Origin: Pelomyxa schiedti
Taxonomy: Eukaryota; Protista; Evosea
Direction of reading: 5' to 3'
Assembly: GCA_020536535.1 (NCBI GenBank)
Contig: JAHLWZ010000795.1
Location: 62,001-126,000 of the forward strand
DNA: 64,000 nucleotides
A program made the translations under genes and the position numbers. Under the pieces are notes generated by a model. The model saw only the letters and a program-made list of their open reading frames with translations, was not told the origin of the DNA and did no database searches. Every line of letters starts with the position of its first letter. The first letter of the stretch is position 1. Shown in pieces: positions 51,918 to 64,000 of this stretch.

Positions 51918-52163
51918 GAAACTACCTCACAAAGCCTTCCTTCTGACCTCCCTTTCTCCACCATTCACACCATACAAAAGGAATTTTCTTTCGCAACCCA
52001 GAACCCGTTTTTTGAATTGTTATTCTCCAAACCAATTTATTTCTTACGATCAAACACCGGGATCCACAAGAAAACAAAGCCACAACAGCGACTGTTGTTA
52101 CTGCCGACACAACACGCGAACAGTACACCCGTATATCAACAACAAAAAGAACCTACACCAAGA

Positions 52164-52815
52164 ATGTCGTACATGTTACCGCATCTTCATAATGGATGGC
52201 AAGTTGACCGCGCCATCCTGGAGGAAGAGGAACGCGTTGTTGTCATTCGATTTGGACACGATTGGGACCCTGAGTGCATGAAGTATGTTCCTTTTGTTAC
52301 TCTTTGTGGTCTTTCCTCGCCAAAACAATGCTGGGCCAAACCAACTAACCCTCGCTTTGTGCTAAATGTATTTACGACAATGATATATATTGTGTGACTA
52401 AGATAAATATCTAGGATGGATGAAATACTGTATGGTGTGGCAATGAAAGTAAAAAACATGGCTGTCATTTATCTGGTTGATATAACTGAAGTACCAGACT
52501 TCAACAAGATGTACGAATTATATGATCCAGTCACAACCATGTTCTTCTAGTATGTGCACAATAATTTTTCTTCGTTGTCTTACTTCTGTTTAGTAGAAAC
52601 AAACACATAATGATTGACTTGGGTACCGGAAACAATAACAAAAGTATGTTATCTTATTCCCTTATTTCGTTTTTTAATTGTGCACCACAGTTAACTGGGC
52701 AATGAACAACAAGCAAGAACTCATAGACATCGTAGAGACCATATACAGAGGAGCAAGAAAAGGACACGGTCTTGTCATTTCACCCAAGGACTACTCCACA
52801 AAATACAAGTACTGA
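52164..52815 (+). CDS. TXNL4A: U5 snRNP 15 kDa thioredoxin-like protein Dim1
   Basis: MSYMLPHLHNGWQVDRAILEEEERVVVIRFGHDWD..VPDFNKMYELYDP..RNKHIMIDLGTGNNNK..IVETIYRGARKG..SPKDYSTKYKY*; three introns. Confidence 0.97.
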
Positions 52816-52976
52816 GTTACACAAGCCACCCAAGTCAGTGTTATGTGTTGACAATCCCAACCCATAAACAGCATAAATATCAAAAAAAAGTGTTTTTTAG
52901 TTACATATTCTATACATTCTGTATTTCTTTTTCTTTTCTTGGGGTTGTTGTCTTAGCAACTGTGGGGTTTGGTTGT

Positions 52977-55521
52977 TTAGCTTACAGAGTGTTCTGGGGA
53001 TGTGGTTGCCTCTGTGGCTGGAGGAGAGGGTGAATTGGTGCCAATTTCCGGACTTGTGGTGTTGGTTGGTTCTGTGTGTTGGATAATGAGGTCTGTTGCT
53101 GCTTCCGCCATGAGCCTCAGGGCTCGTGAAGGGTCGGTGGGTTTTGTGGTTGTTGGTGGGAGGGTTGATGGTGGTGGGGGTGGTGTTGGTGTTTGTTGGT
53201 CCACTACTACATAGGTGGTGTCTGTTATTTGAGGTGAGGGTGTTTGGGTAGGGCTCGTCATGTATGTTTGTGGGGAGGTTGTGTAAGGTTGGATTACTGC
53301 GTTGCGGGAGTTGGACGATTTGCCCGTCCTGCGGCGCTTCGACTTCGGTGATATGGTGTCCCCGGAGGATTTCTTCCCAGGTGTATACAAAGAACCTTCT
53401 GTGTGAGAGCTTCTGTACTTTTTGGCCCACTGAAGACCACAGGCATTGCACAATCTGTCAATCTCAATAAGGTAGGAAGTATTTCGATAATAGGACACAC
53501 GTTGCCGGTCCTTCAGGACCTTTCCGCCACTCGGGTGTGTTCTTTCTCCCACAGAAATGGCAATACAACTGGGATTTATCCACTCCAGATAACCTGCGTC
53601 TCGTGCTTGACTACTTGTGGTTAGAAGTAAGAACTTTACTGTGCGGATGAGGCACCTTAGTAGGTTGAACAGGTTCTTGCACTGGTTCCTCTTGTGGCGT
53701 TATAAGGGGTGACGATATGGGATTAAAAGATGGGATTGGAGGAGGTGGTGGAGGAGTTTGTTGGAGTTGAAGGAGCAACTTTCTGCAAATTTGGTTGTCT
53801 CCAACAGATTCCCCTTTTGCCTTCCCCCCTTTGCGTGTTGACTTCTTTGTAACCTCTTTTGGAGGCTCTTCTGAAACTTGAGGTTCTGTTTGGCATGGAT
53901 TGTACATATTCGGGTCTTGCTTGGTGGGGTTGGCTTGGCGTTCATCTCTAACTGGCTCGAGAGTTTGAGCTTGTTGTTCAGTTCCGTAGTCATTTTGAAC
54001 CTGAGTGGCTTCGGGCTGTTTCTGAAGCAGAGGAATCGTAAAAGTATCTTGTGGGTCTGGTCTTTCTGGTTGCTGTTGTTGCTGTTGCTGTTGTAGGAGA
54101 AGTTGCTCTAGAAGTTGCAGTTGCTGGGTTGCAATAAGCTGTCGTAGTTGGTTCTCAACAAAGATTTTTTGTTGTTGTTGCTCTCTTTGTTCTACCTCTA
54201 GCATTTCCATCATTTTCTGTGGGTCCTGCGGGTACTGAAGGGGTTGCTGTTCTGGAGTGGGTTGCCATTGAATAAGTGCCTGTAGGAAGGTGGTGTCCAG
54301 TGATTTTTGCGCCTGGTCAGTAGAATCGTGAACAGACGAGGGAATTGGGGTAGGGAGTGGAGGAGGACAATCCAGTGTTGATGTGTTGGGTGAAATAACT
54401 AGATTTGCGGAAGGTGGTAAACAAGGTGAAAGTGAAGGGTTAGGAATGGGTGGTGGGTGTTCAAGTGGGATCAGTTGTTGTGGCAGCGACGGCGGGCACA
54501 AGACCCTACCAGCGCTACCTGCACTAGATAACGCGTCCTGCCCAAAAGCCGCAGAGGACAGGTACATCTCCTCGCGCTTTTGGGGGAGAACACCGGAGCC
54601 GCTGATGCAATCCGTTGTCGCGTCGGTCGCCACGAGTGCTGTCGGTTCGCTTTCGGTGGTCGGTTGCCCACTCGGTTCTTCCTCAGCACACTCGATCGAG
54701 TCTGGTGCCCCGGCCGACGTCGGTTCCTGTCCGACTTTTTTTCCTTGCGTCGGGTTCGGGTCGTTGCTTGTTGGGGTTGTGATGTCGCTGTTGTCGCCTT
54801 TTGTCGCAGTTCCGGCACGGCAGAGTGTCGCCTCACGTGTCGCTGACCGCACCACGTCCCCCTCTAATTTGGCTTTTTTTGGATCCTCCGGCAGAAACTG
54901 TAGATCAGAAGGTGGCCTTTCCGAATTCGGCTGATTCGAAATCGGGCTGGCAGCAGTTGCCGGGCAATGTGTGTCGGGAAACCCCAAAAAGCAACCGAAA
55001 TTTGCCGAAGCGGCGTTGTCGTCGGCTTCGCGGCCGACTTCGTCGGTTGCCATGAGCTCCTCTGGGATTTGTGCCTCCTCGCGTTGTCGTCGGCTTCGCG
55101 CGCCGCGCGTCGTCGCTGTCTTGGTGGGGGATGACCGCGGCGTTATGGGCGACCGAGAGCGAGGCGTGTGCAGCGGCGACGTGTTGCACGAATGGCCGTT
55201 AGTGCTCGTGATCGCGATGCAATCTCGCGGCTGGGAGTGGGCGGGAGCAGCTTTCTTGGGCGCTGCTACGGCGGCAGTGTGTTGTTGTTGTTGGCCGTGG
55301 TAGTGCCGGCTGCTGGATTTGCTGTCCTGGTGTCCTTGGTGTTGCTGCTGGGATTTACAGTTATGGCAAAGTCGCTGGGCGGCGTCGCGGCGCTCGCGGG
55401 CGCGGCGTGACACGAGGGTAAGTGCAGCGGCTTTGACAACCCACTCGGCGACGTAGGCTCGCCGTTGTCGTTTGACGGCAGGGTCTCTGCCGCGAGGCTG
55501 GAGTGAATTATGGGACTCCAT
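52977..55521 (-). CDS. GATA-type zinc-finger transcription factor
   Basis: Long Q/P/S-rich first exon. The joined exons give [32 protein letters not shown] (C-x2-C-x18-C-x2-C). Confidence 0.9.
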
Positions 55522-55853
55522 GGTGGGTTCACGTCCTTTGTAGTGACTACCACAAGCAGTTCGTCCTTTTGTTTTTTTTTTATTCTTTCGTTCTTGTCGA
55601 TCTTGATAGAATTGGCAATAAGCAACTTTTAGAGATGTTTGGCGATGAGAGATGCCGATCCAGTCTGTGAGGTAGTTCTCTTGATGTGATTTTCTGGCCC
55701 AGATTTCGAGGGCACTCAGGTAAAAGCACAGGCTGCCGGTGCATCACAAGTGCAAACCCCTTTCACAAGAAACAGTGTTCTCGCAGTGACTCCCGGCAGG
55801 AAACGTGTTCCCTGAACGCCGTGAAAAAAACAACAAACAAAAACAAACCCGTG

Positions 55854-58800
55854 ATGGTTTCGGTTTCGAATGCGCACACAGCCGTAATCGTCGTCGCCGC
55901 CGCCGCCGTCGTCTCGCTGCTCGCCCCCGCCTGCCTCTGCCAGTCTCCCCCTGCGGCGTCGTACGCGCGCGTCTACTACGTCCCGGGGGCGTCGCCTCCG
56001 TGGGACCCCTCGTGGGCCCCGGCCGTGGCCAGCGTCGACGTCGCCGCGGCGGGCTCGCCGTCGTCGCCGCCGTCGGTGTCGCCCCCCGAGGCCCGCTGCC
56101 TCCTCGGCCCCGGCGGCGACGGCGAGGACGTCGCGGCCTACATCTCGCAGGGCGCGTTCGCGGCCGACCTGGTCGAGGACCTCGAGGAGGACGGGGGCAG
56201 CACCCTGTGGTACTACTTCGTCGCCGGGAAGACCCTGTACGCCGTGAATCTGACGTCGTGCGACGTGGAGGTCGTCTCGGCGCTAGCCACCCCCATCGAC
56301 ATTGTGGGACTCACGTGGTCGGAATCCGACGGCGTCTTCTTCGCCATCGGGCACACCTTCGAGTGCGGAGAAGAACGAACAGTTCTGCACAGAATGACCA
56401 GAGATGGATTTCTGGAGCAAGTAGGAATGTTGCACTCTCCGGGATGGGAACGTGTGCAGTACTCGGTGGACAGTTTGGCGTTCTCTGACATGACTGGAGA
56501 ATTGTATGCCTACTCTGGAAGCCCTTGTGCCATGCATTCCATTGACCCGTGTGATGCAACTGTTGTGGCGTCTGCTGTGTGCCCGGGATCCGGTTATATT
56601 ACCTCCAGGTATCCTCCTAAATTTGGGTTTTGCTTTTCTGTCGTTTTTTTTTTTTTTCTTTGTTTTTTTTTGTTTTATTATCATTACTTGCTTAGTGATT
56701 TATTTCTTTTTTGGCCCGCTGTCATTGTGTGTATTAATATTGGTTGGGTACTACCAATGGAGTGATGTTTCCCTTGACTTCGACGATGAGACTGGGGAGC
56801 TCTATATGGCACCAGCCAGTATTGTTGGCATTTGGATTATGAATCACACTGCATGCATCCCGATTTCTGAAATTACACCACCAGATGTCAGTGTATATGG
56901 AATTGGTGTGCTGCATATGTACGCCCATTTGCAGAGTCCCAGTAGCAGTGAGAGTTCTTCATATTTCACTGAGCTTGACGATTTCTCTGATGAGATAGGT
57001 GCTAATTTCGCAATTTTCACTTGTGCTTCTTATGCAGGATTTACCTACCCAATTGAAAATTGGTTGTGTTCAGTCTGCCCTCCTGAGTGGGAGTCTCAGA
57101 TTGATCTCATAGGAACGTTTAGAGATCCATGGCACTACTCTTTTGGGTATGTGATGCATGTGAATGGCATGGGCCTTCTAGTAGTAATAAGGGGGATTGC
57201 AGGGTCCACCCTGCAGTGGATGCTGGATGGTGACTTGAGACAAGACCTGTATCCACTACAACCAACAAGTGGGAAGCTTGCTCTAGTACACTCCGGATTT
57301 CTACAAATTACTGAAGCTGTTAAGTTGGCTGTAGAAAAACTTATCCGCGAGGGCTTGAGCATGTTCGAGTATTCCGACGTTGTATTTGCTGGTCACAGTA
57401 TGGGAGGGTCTGTGGCGGCATTGTTAGCACCAATAGTTTGGGCTGACCTTTCATATGACTATGACTTGCCTCGTGGGTTTCTCAAGGTGATCACTCTGGG
57501 ACAACCGCGTGTTGGGAATGCAGGGTTTAATGACGTCCTTTTATCTGCCACTGACTTTCACCATCGAGTTATTCACCATTGCGATCCTGTTCCACAAGTT
57601 CCGAGTGACGGCTACACACACTTTGCCACTGAACACTGGATTTCCGTTTGTGGAGGCAATACTTCCATTTCATGTGACAGTTCTGGTGAAGATCCTTCTT
57701 GCAGTAGGAGCTGTAGTACTGAGGAGTACACCAGTCACGCTTTGGACCACAACTTGTATTACAATGTTGCGTACCTCTCGACTACATGGTCATATGACAC
57801 GGTCGATCCTTGTGAAGGAGAATGTTGGTCAAGTTCTGAAAGTTGCCAGTTTGATGCGAACAACGTACCAAAATGCATGTGTACGATCCCTGGACTCGTC
57901 ACTGCAGAAGTTGGGGGGTGCCAGTTGCCGGATCCAATCAGTGTGGTACCCACACTCAATTCCGTTGTTTTGGAGATTAGAAAAACTGACACTGTTTCTG
58001 ACTTGCTTGCTTTGTTCAAATTTGAACTTTCTGGAAAGTTCAATGTGGCCATAGAGACCATCATCAACTGGCACACTTCATCACCAAATACTAAAAGAGA
58101 GGACTGTACTACAGTGAGCACGAACGACACAGCAGCGGAGAGTTGTCTGCTCTCTGTACAATTCGCATACTCTAATACTAGCAACAGCTCGTTTGCCTGG
58201 TTTTTCACAGATATACTTCATAATCACGCCACTCTTGAAACCTTTTCTATTATGCGTGCTTCAATTGCTGTAGTTGATGACAATGACACGCTCACATCCG
58301 TGTCAGTTGAGCAAACTGATGTAGTGACAGGTAACTCCGAGCTACTCCCTTCCCACTATTTATTCCTTACGATGAAAAAAGATCCCAGCTGTTCTGAGAG
58401 CTGTCTTCAGTCCTGGATAGGCGATGGGATGTGTGATATTGGTTGTCTTGTAGCAAGCTGTCAATATGACCAAGGGGACTGTCCTGATGTTCCCAGCAGC
58501 TCCGCAAGTGAATCCAGGTCAGTCTCTAAATCAAGCTCTGCAAGTTCCAGTCAACAACAAAGTGTAGCATCAACGGCAAGTACAGAGTTGGACTCTGAAG
58601 GCAGCAGTTCCCATTCCAGTTCAAGTACAAGACATTCTATCCCCCATTCAGATGAACAATCATCGCTTGTGAGTAATCCTCTGGAATCCTATCCACTTGG
58701 GCAGTCATCTCAATACCTTGAGACCCCTTCCAGTGAGGACGTTATAACTGTCTCCCTCTGGATACTAGTTGCCGTTGCCGGAGGTGCAGGTGTTCTATGT

Positions 58801-58962
58801 ATTCTGGCTTTTCTGGCAGGCCTCAGTGTGGCTTGTTGTGCCGTGAAGAAGAAGAATGAGCCTACTATTGAGGAGAGCTTTTCCTCTGCTTTCTCTGATG
58901 ACGGCTCACGCAGAAGAGCAGGATTGGGACCAAGAGACATTCCTCTTGATAATTTGAACTGA
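55854..58962 (+). CDS. Type I membrane class-3 lipase with EGF-like and LNR modules
   Basis: Signal peptide, then lipase motifs VHSGF, FAGHSMGGSVA, ITLGQPRVGN, RVIHHCDPVPQVP and DHNLYY. Then a Cys-rich module, LNR CSESCLQSWIGDGMCDIGCLVASCQYDQGDC, a Ser-rich stalk and TM LWILVAVAGGAGVLCILAFLAGL. Confidence 0.88.
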
Positions 58963-59085
58963 GCGCAAATTCCCTCCCACACAACATTATTCACTTTGTA
59001 AAACCCATATTTATTTTGCATAATAGAGTTTTGTTACACAATGGTTTTTTTTTTTTGTTGTTGTTGTTGTGGGTTCACTGGTGAT

Positions 59086-60347
59086 TCAATGTAGTTCAGA
59101 ACCCTTGTACCATCCGCCCCCCTTTGAAGACATAGAATGAGGCATCCTTCATAAATAGGTCACTGTAGTCATTCTGGTGTATGTAGAGGCGGAAGCCGCA
59201 GTGCCTGATGTAATGGCCTGGGTAGTTCACAGATTCGAATGACACAGTCCCTGTTGCTCCGCATAGTCCCGGGACTTTACTGTACGAGTGTAAGAAGTAG
59301 TTTTTACATTACATATAATATGTCTCCCCATCTTAACAATAACGTTGAAAACACACCGGAATGATGCATCATTAAGATAAAGGGGAGCACTTTCTCTTGA
59401 ATGCAACTTGATTTCATAGTTTTGATGCCTAAAGAAGTGATTGGGATAGTTGACAGACTCAAAAGAAATGCAGTTGCCCCCAACAAGACCAGGCCGCAGT
59501 ATGAAAGTAGAGTCCTGTTTATCTAGTGCGGTAGTGACTGGGTCAATGTAGCCCATGCCCCCCTTGTGCCTCATGAAGTGTGTTTGATAGTTGAATGACT
59601 GGAAGGAGTAACTTTCGGCCTGTTGTGCTTCCACTATCGGGGTTGGAGTCGAGAGAGACACTGACCTGTTCAACGTCATGAAGGATGCATCTTGGTTAAA
59701 TAAGTCACTTCCATCCGCCCGGTGTATGTATAGTCTGAATCCCTGGTGCCGAATAAAGTGCCCAGGATAATTCACCGATTCAAACGAGACGGTTCGAGGG
59801 AGTCCACAAAGGCCATTTACCTGTCTGAAATTCCAAAAGAGAAAGAGATAGAATAAGTTTATTGTGTGATACATACAATAGAGTAAGGATAATGTAAAAA
59901 AAAAAAAAAGGAAGTGTTTATATACCTGAACGATGCATCATTGAGATACAAGTCGTTGGTCTCTTTTGCGTGAAGTTTAATTTCGTAATTCTGGTGCCTC
60001 AGGAATTGGTTTGGGAAACTGGCCGATTCGAACGAAATACTGCCCGGAGCACCCACCAGCCCCGGCCTTACGTGAAACGAAGAATCTGCAGTGTCCTTCT
60101 CAGTCCCGCTCAATTCTTCGATGTAGCCCAGGCCCCCCCTGTGCCTTATGAAATGTGTAGGGTAGTTCACAGATTGAAATCCAGTAACTGCGACCAACGG
60201 CCGTGGTGGTGCCGCAGTTGCTGCTGTCGTTGCGGCGCTGGCGTTTGGTGGCGGCGAAACTGCAGTAGCGTTTGTGGTTATGGGAGTCTTGGGCGTCGCG
60301 GTGCTGGCACTGCCAGGCGTAGTCGTCGTAGCAGTAAGTCTGCCCAT
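59086..60347 (-). CDS. Tandem double CBM42/AbfB (arabinofuranose-binding beta-trefoil) protein without catalytic domain
   Basis: Six subdomains of the form F-E/Q-S-x-N/S-Y/F-x-x-x-F/Y-x-RH ... D-A/S-S/T-F over three exons, after a T/A/P-rich N-terminal linker. Confidence 0.85.
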
Positions 60348-60523
60348 TTTCTTATTTGTCGGTTAGACGACGAAGCGGTTTGGTTTTTTTAAATTGTGTT
60401 TAAAAAAAATGTTACTTGGTTGGGGTGAAATGAAAGTGGTATTACAAAGTATGAAGGGGTTGAAGTTGGGTGGTGTGTACCACGAGTGAGAAAGAAAGTA
60501 AGAAAGGGGCCAATGCTGTGATA

Positions 60524-62235
60524 CTAGGAGTGTCCACCGGGAGGAGGTGGGGGAGGGGGGTAGGTAGGAGCCTGGAAGGAGGGAAGAGCCCACTGGTTGT
60601 CATGGTCCAGGGAGGGGCTGTCAGAGGAAGGAGGGTGCAAGGGGGTGCCGGAGCCCTGGGTGTGTGAGTGGGGACTAGGCGCTTGCTGCTGTATGGCCTG
60701 TGCGAGGTTTTTCCTCTGCCTGTATGTCTGTTTCATGGGATGAGAAAATGGGAAAGGAAAGAAAAGGAACGAGGTGGTACATTGATAATCTTTGCCTCCA
60801 TTTGCTTGTCAACAGCTGGGTGCTCCCCTGCAAAGGTAGTTTTGGGTGGGCCAACCGAAATTGCAACAGTAAAGTCATCTGGCAATCTTGACACAATATT
60901 AATGTATCATGAAGCCAAAACAGTGCTAATACGTATGTTTCTTGGAGCGGTCCAAGTTTTGAACACCAAAGGTTTCAACGTGGTACTTATCCGAAACAAA
61001 AGCTGTGTTAAATATAACATGGAAAGCCTTAGATGATATTAGTTTTCAGTTTTTTTCATGATGAAGTTCTTAACCTCCTTGGAAGTAGCAGTAGAATAAC
61101 ATCGTATAAGTACATCACTCCGAACATCCAGGGAAATTTTCACAGTAATATAATTATCTTCTGGGAAAAGTGAATAGGGTCTGCAACCAGAATTTGAGAA
61201 TGAGGCATTTCTTTTGAGTTCAACTATGTTACCTTGTTTCAGCTGTGTTTAGAAGTAATTTTGGTTCAGGATATGTATGGTCATAAATTTCAAAGTACAT
61301 TTCAGTATCTGGAAGAACTGGGCCCACTCTGATTTTGCGCAGTCTCACTGGACGAGAAATGAGCTCATATCCATTTAGGATGTTCCAAAAGTAATAAATA
61401 TACCTGGGGAAGAAGTTTGTTGTGTTTGGTGGGAAAAAAAAATAACAGTACCGAATTTGAGATGGTTGTGTTACACCCTTTTCTGTGGCTGACCTCCGGG
61501 ATGCAAAGTGCTGTGCTGCGGAAGCAATATCAGGGAACTCAGTGCAGTACAACAGCCAACAGATAACGACTACTCCTGTGCGTCCTTTTCCTCCCTGTTG
61601 GTGTCTTTGGTTTAAAGGAAAATGTTCATTTGTTTGAACAGTACCTTGCAATGCACAACAGCCACATTTAGGGAATTCTCTGAAAGCCATGTCTCAAGTG
61701 AGTTGAGAATGGTGAAAAGCCTTGGGATAGAAGGGGCGTGATGATCGAGGAACGGAAAGTCGAATATCTTTGGAGGAATGGGCATGCAACTTAATGGTGT
61801 TGTGAGGAAATACCCTATTACTGAACTTTTCATAGTCGTACTAAAAGATGGTTGGCCTTGTTTCCACAACAAAGAAAAGTACCTGAATTTCAGAGAGGTT
61901 CCATATCATGAAACGATCAGTGTGGTTTGCTTCAAGCAACCTTACAACCTATTTTGCGTGAAAATTTTCCAAAAAAACCCAGGGATAAAGGGAAAAAAAA
62001 ACAACTTACTTCGTCAATGTGATTCCGCCACACAGCTGTCACACCAGATGACGGGAAACTCATTGCTGCAGGTATAGTGTGAGGAAAAGAGTACAAAAAC
62101 AAAAGAAAAACAAAAAAAAAAAGGCGAACCCAAAATGTTGTCAGTAATGTAAGACAAGTCCAAGTCGAAGCCATTGGCTTGATACCGTAGACGATCTCGC
62201 GATACGAGTTTACGAACACTTTTCAACAACGACAT
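60524..62235 (-). CDS. PTEN: PTEN/TPTE-like phosphoinositide phosphatase with C2 domain and Pro-rich tail
   Basis: VSRDRLRYQANGFDLDLSYIT, AMSFPS..RNHIDEV, FLDHHAP, VHCK|GGKGRTG and GVTQPSQIRY. C2-type exons at 61.0-61.4 kb. The 3' end is approximate. Confidence 0.9.
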
Positions 62236-62470
62236 GGCCGGAGAAAGGGTATTACTTTTTTTTTCCCTTTACGTGAAATCTTTATTTTCTTGAGGTCTGA
62301 GATCCTCACTCAATCTCGAAGCAGGCGACACCCTGAGCACACACGTGGTGTGTGCACGTTCACCCAACAGAATTTCTTCTCAGGGTTACCTTGACTCATC
62401 ACTGGATTGGCAGTTTCTTCATTCGTCGAGTTTTATTTTTCTCAAATAAGCCGCTGGACGAGCGACCTCG

Positions 62471-64000
62471 ATGTCGGACAACGGGTGTGTTCTTTTTTTT
62501 ATTTGGTTTTTCTCCTCCCTTTGTTTCTTTGCTGCTGTGGGATTTTTTTTTTTTTTTTTTTTGTTGCTCAAACAAAGTTAAGGGAGGATGATGGCAGTGG
62601 AGGGGATTCGCATGCACCTTCGAGCACCCTTTTTTCGTTTGGTATTTTGTCCCATAGTGCATTATGCATTTGCAATAACGTTTTACTTTTTTTTTTGTTT
62701 TTTTTTTTGTTTTTTTTTCCCCCGTTTGCTGTGGTGTTTGATTGTTTCTCCCTCATTCTTAGAGGACCTTGTAAAATCTGGTGGGAGAAGAGGTTATCAT
62801 TCTTGATGCACGCCTTTGGTTTCTGGTCTAAACTATGTAATAGGGAGCAGGGCCGCTATATATCAACAACTGCTCCAAGGTCTGAGGAGTCCTTCTCAAG
62901 ATATGCAACTGGCTTCACTTGAGAACTTATCTCAATTGCTGGCCGTTGCAACAGAAGAGAACCTTTCTGGATGCAGGTTGTTACAACTACTTCTCACCAA
63001 CTACAACATGACACTTGCCATAGTATAGAGGAAATTATTACTGAGGTACTCAAAATTATGAGTGCTCCCTCTGACAGTAATTTTCCTATGGAAAAGTGTA
63101 TGTTGTATCAGTAGTTTTTTAAAAAAGAAAACCAACCAAATACAAGTGTATGCATCTCGGGCTCTTGCCCATATACTCGAAGCAATACCTAATATTGGGA
63201 ATACCATGGTAGCAAGTGGTACTGCTCAAGTTTTGTGTGAGACACTCCGTCAATGTGGCTGGGATGACCTTACAGACCAGACTCTTTCTGTATCTAAAGT
63301 CTTCACTACTGTTTCACTAATGTGCCAAGACATTATGCAAACTCAGTGTCCAAAATCCTGTTCCTGTTCTAAGAGCTGGAGGGTTACTCTCTGTAATGCA
63401 AAATCTCGATTTTTTTACTGAAAACATGCAACGGGTTTCAATCAGTGCTTCCCTTCAAATCACTCTTACCCCTTGAAAGTCGGCCATTCAAACAGTCGCG
63501 AATCTATGTCGTCAAGCTCCAGGTGACGCTTTCAACGAGTGCATCAAGGAGGCACTTTCACCAATGGCACTACTTCTGAAACATCATGATAAAAAAGGTG
63601 AATTGGCTTGGACTTACCCACTCCTCACACACAATAGTGGTTGAAAATGCAATTTTGTGTTTTGCAAGACTTGTTGAATCCTTTCGTGAATCAGAACCAG
63701 AACTTCAAGAAATATTTAAATGTGATTTTGTCAGCCTTGCCACCCCTTTACTAGCAGGAGGCTCCACTGGTATTAGGTTAAATTCCAACTATGAGTATTA
63801 TTATTCCAAGTTACCACCCTTCTAGTCCCCAAAGTACATGTCTTCTCATGCGAACGCTGTCAACATTGTGTGCATCACCACAAGTTACATGTGAACTATT
63901 GGATTGTGGAGCTATAAAGATCATCAAAGAGTTCCTCTCCAGATTTGTGGAATCAAATAAAACATGTTTGTTTCACTAGTATTGATTACTTTTAACGGTT
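62471..64000 (+). CDS. TRIP12/UPL3/Ufd4-like HECT E3 ligase, N-terminal ARM region (3' truncated)
   Basis: QLASLENLSQLLAVATEENLSG, YASRALAHILEAIP, AIQTVANLC and LLKHHDKK|VVENAILCFARLVESF match the TRIP12 N-terminal repeats. The HECT domain itself is not in the window. Confidence 0.8.

Overview
A gene-dense, intron-rich eukaryotic window with short GT-AG introns and about 30 protein-coding genes. I found no RNA genes, CRISPR array or intact transposon. The content suggests an anaerobic amoebozoan (Archamoebae, Pelomyxa-like). This is an inference, mainly from a presequence-bearing APS kinase with a degenerate ATP-sulfurylase domain. Recognisable genes: nicotinamide riboside kinase-like, UFM1, dynein light intermediate chain, PLAC8, GOST/lung-7TM, bacterial-type bestrophin, calreticulin, an SLC25 dicarboxylate/oxoglutarate-type carrier, an ARM-repeat kinase, an RCC1-repeat protein, a sirtuin, a cAMP-receptor-like GPCR, APS kinase, DIM1, a GATA factor, a class-3 lipase, a CBM42 tandem protein, PTEN and a TRIP12/UPL3-like ligase (partial). 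The most unusual items are a five-unit long-spacer C2H2-like zinc-finger repeat (19-21.4 kb), a zinc-less sirtuin fused to KOW and CCDC53-like modules, a catalysis-free double CBM42 lectin, a dead-plus-live LRAT tandem, and CpG-island-like gene starts. Exon joins were made by eye, so the ends of multi-exon genes are approximate. Family calls come from recalled motifs, not database searches.
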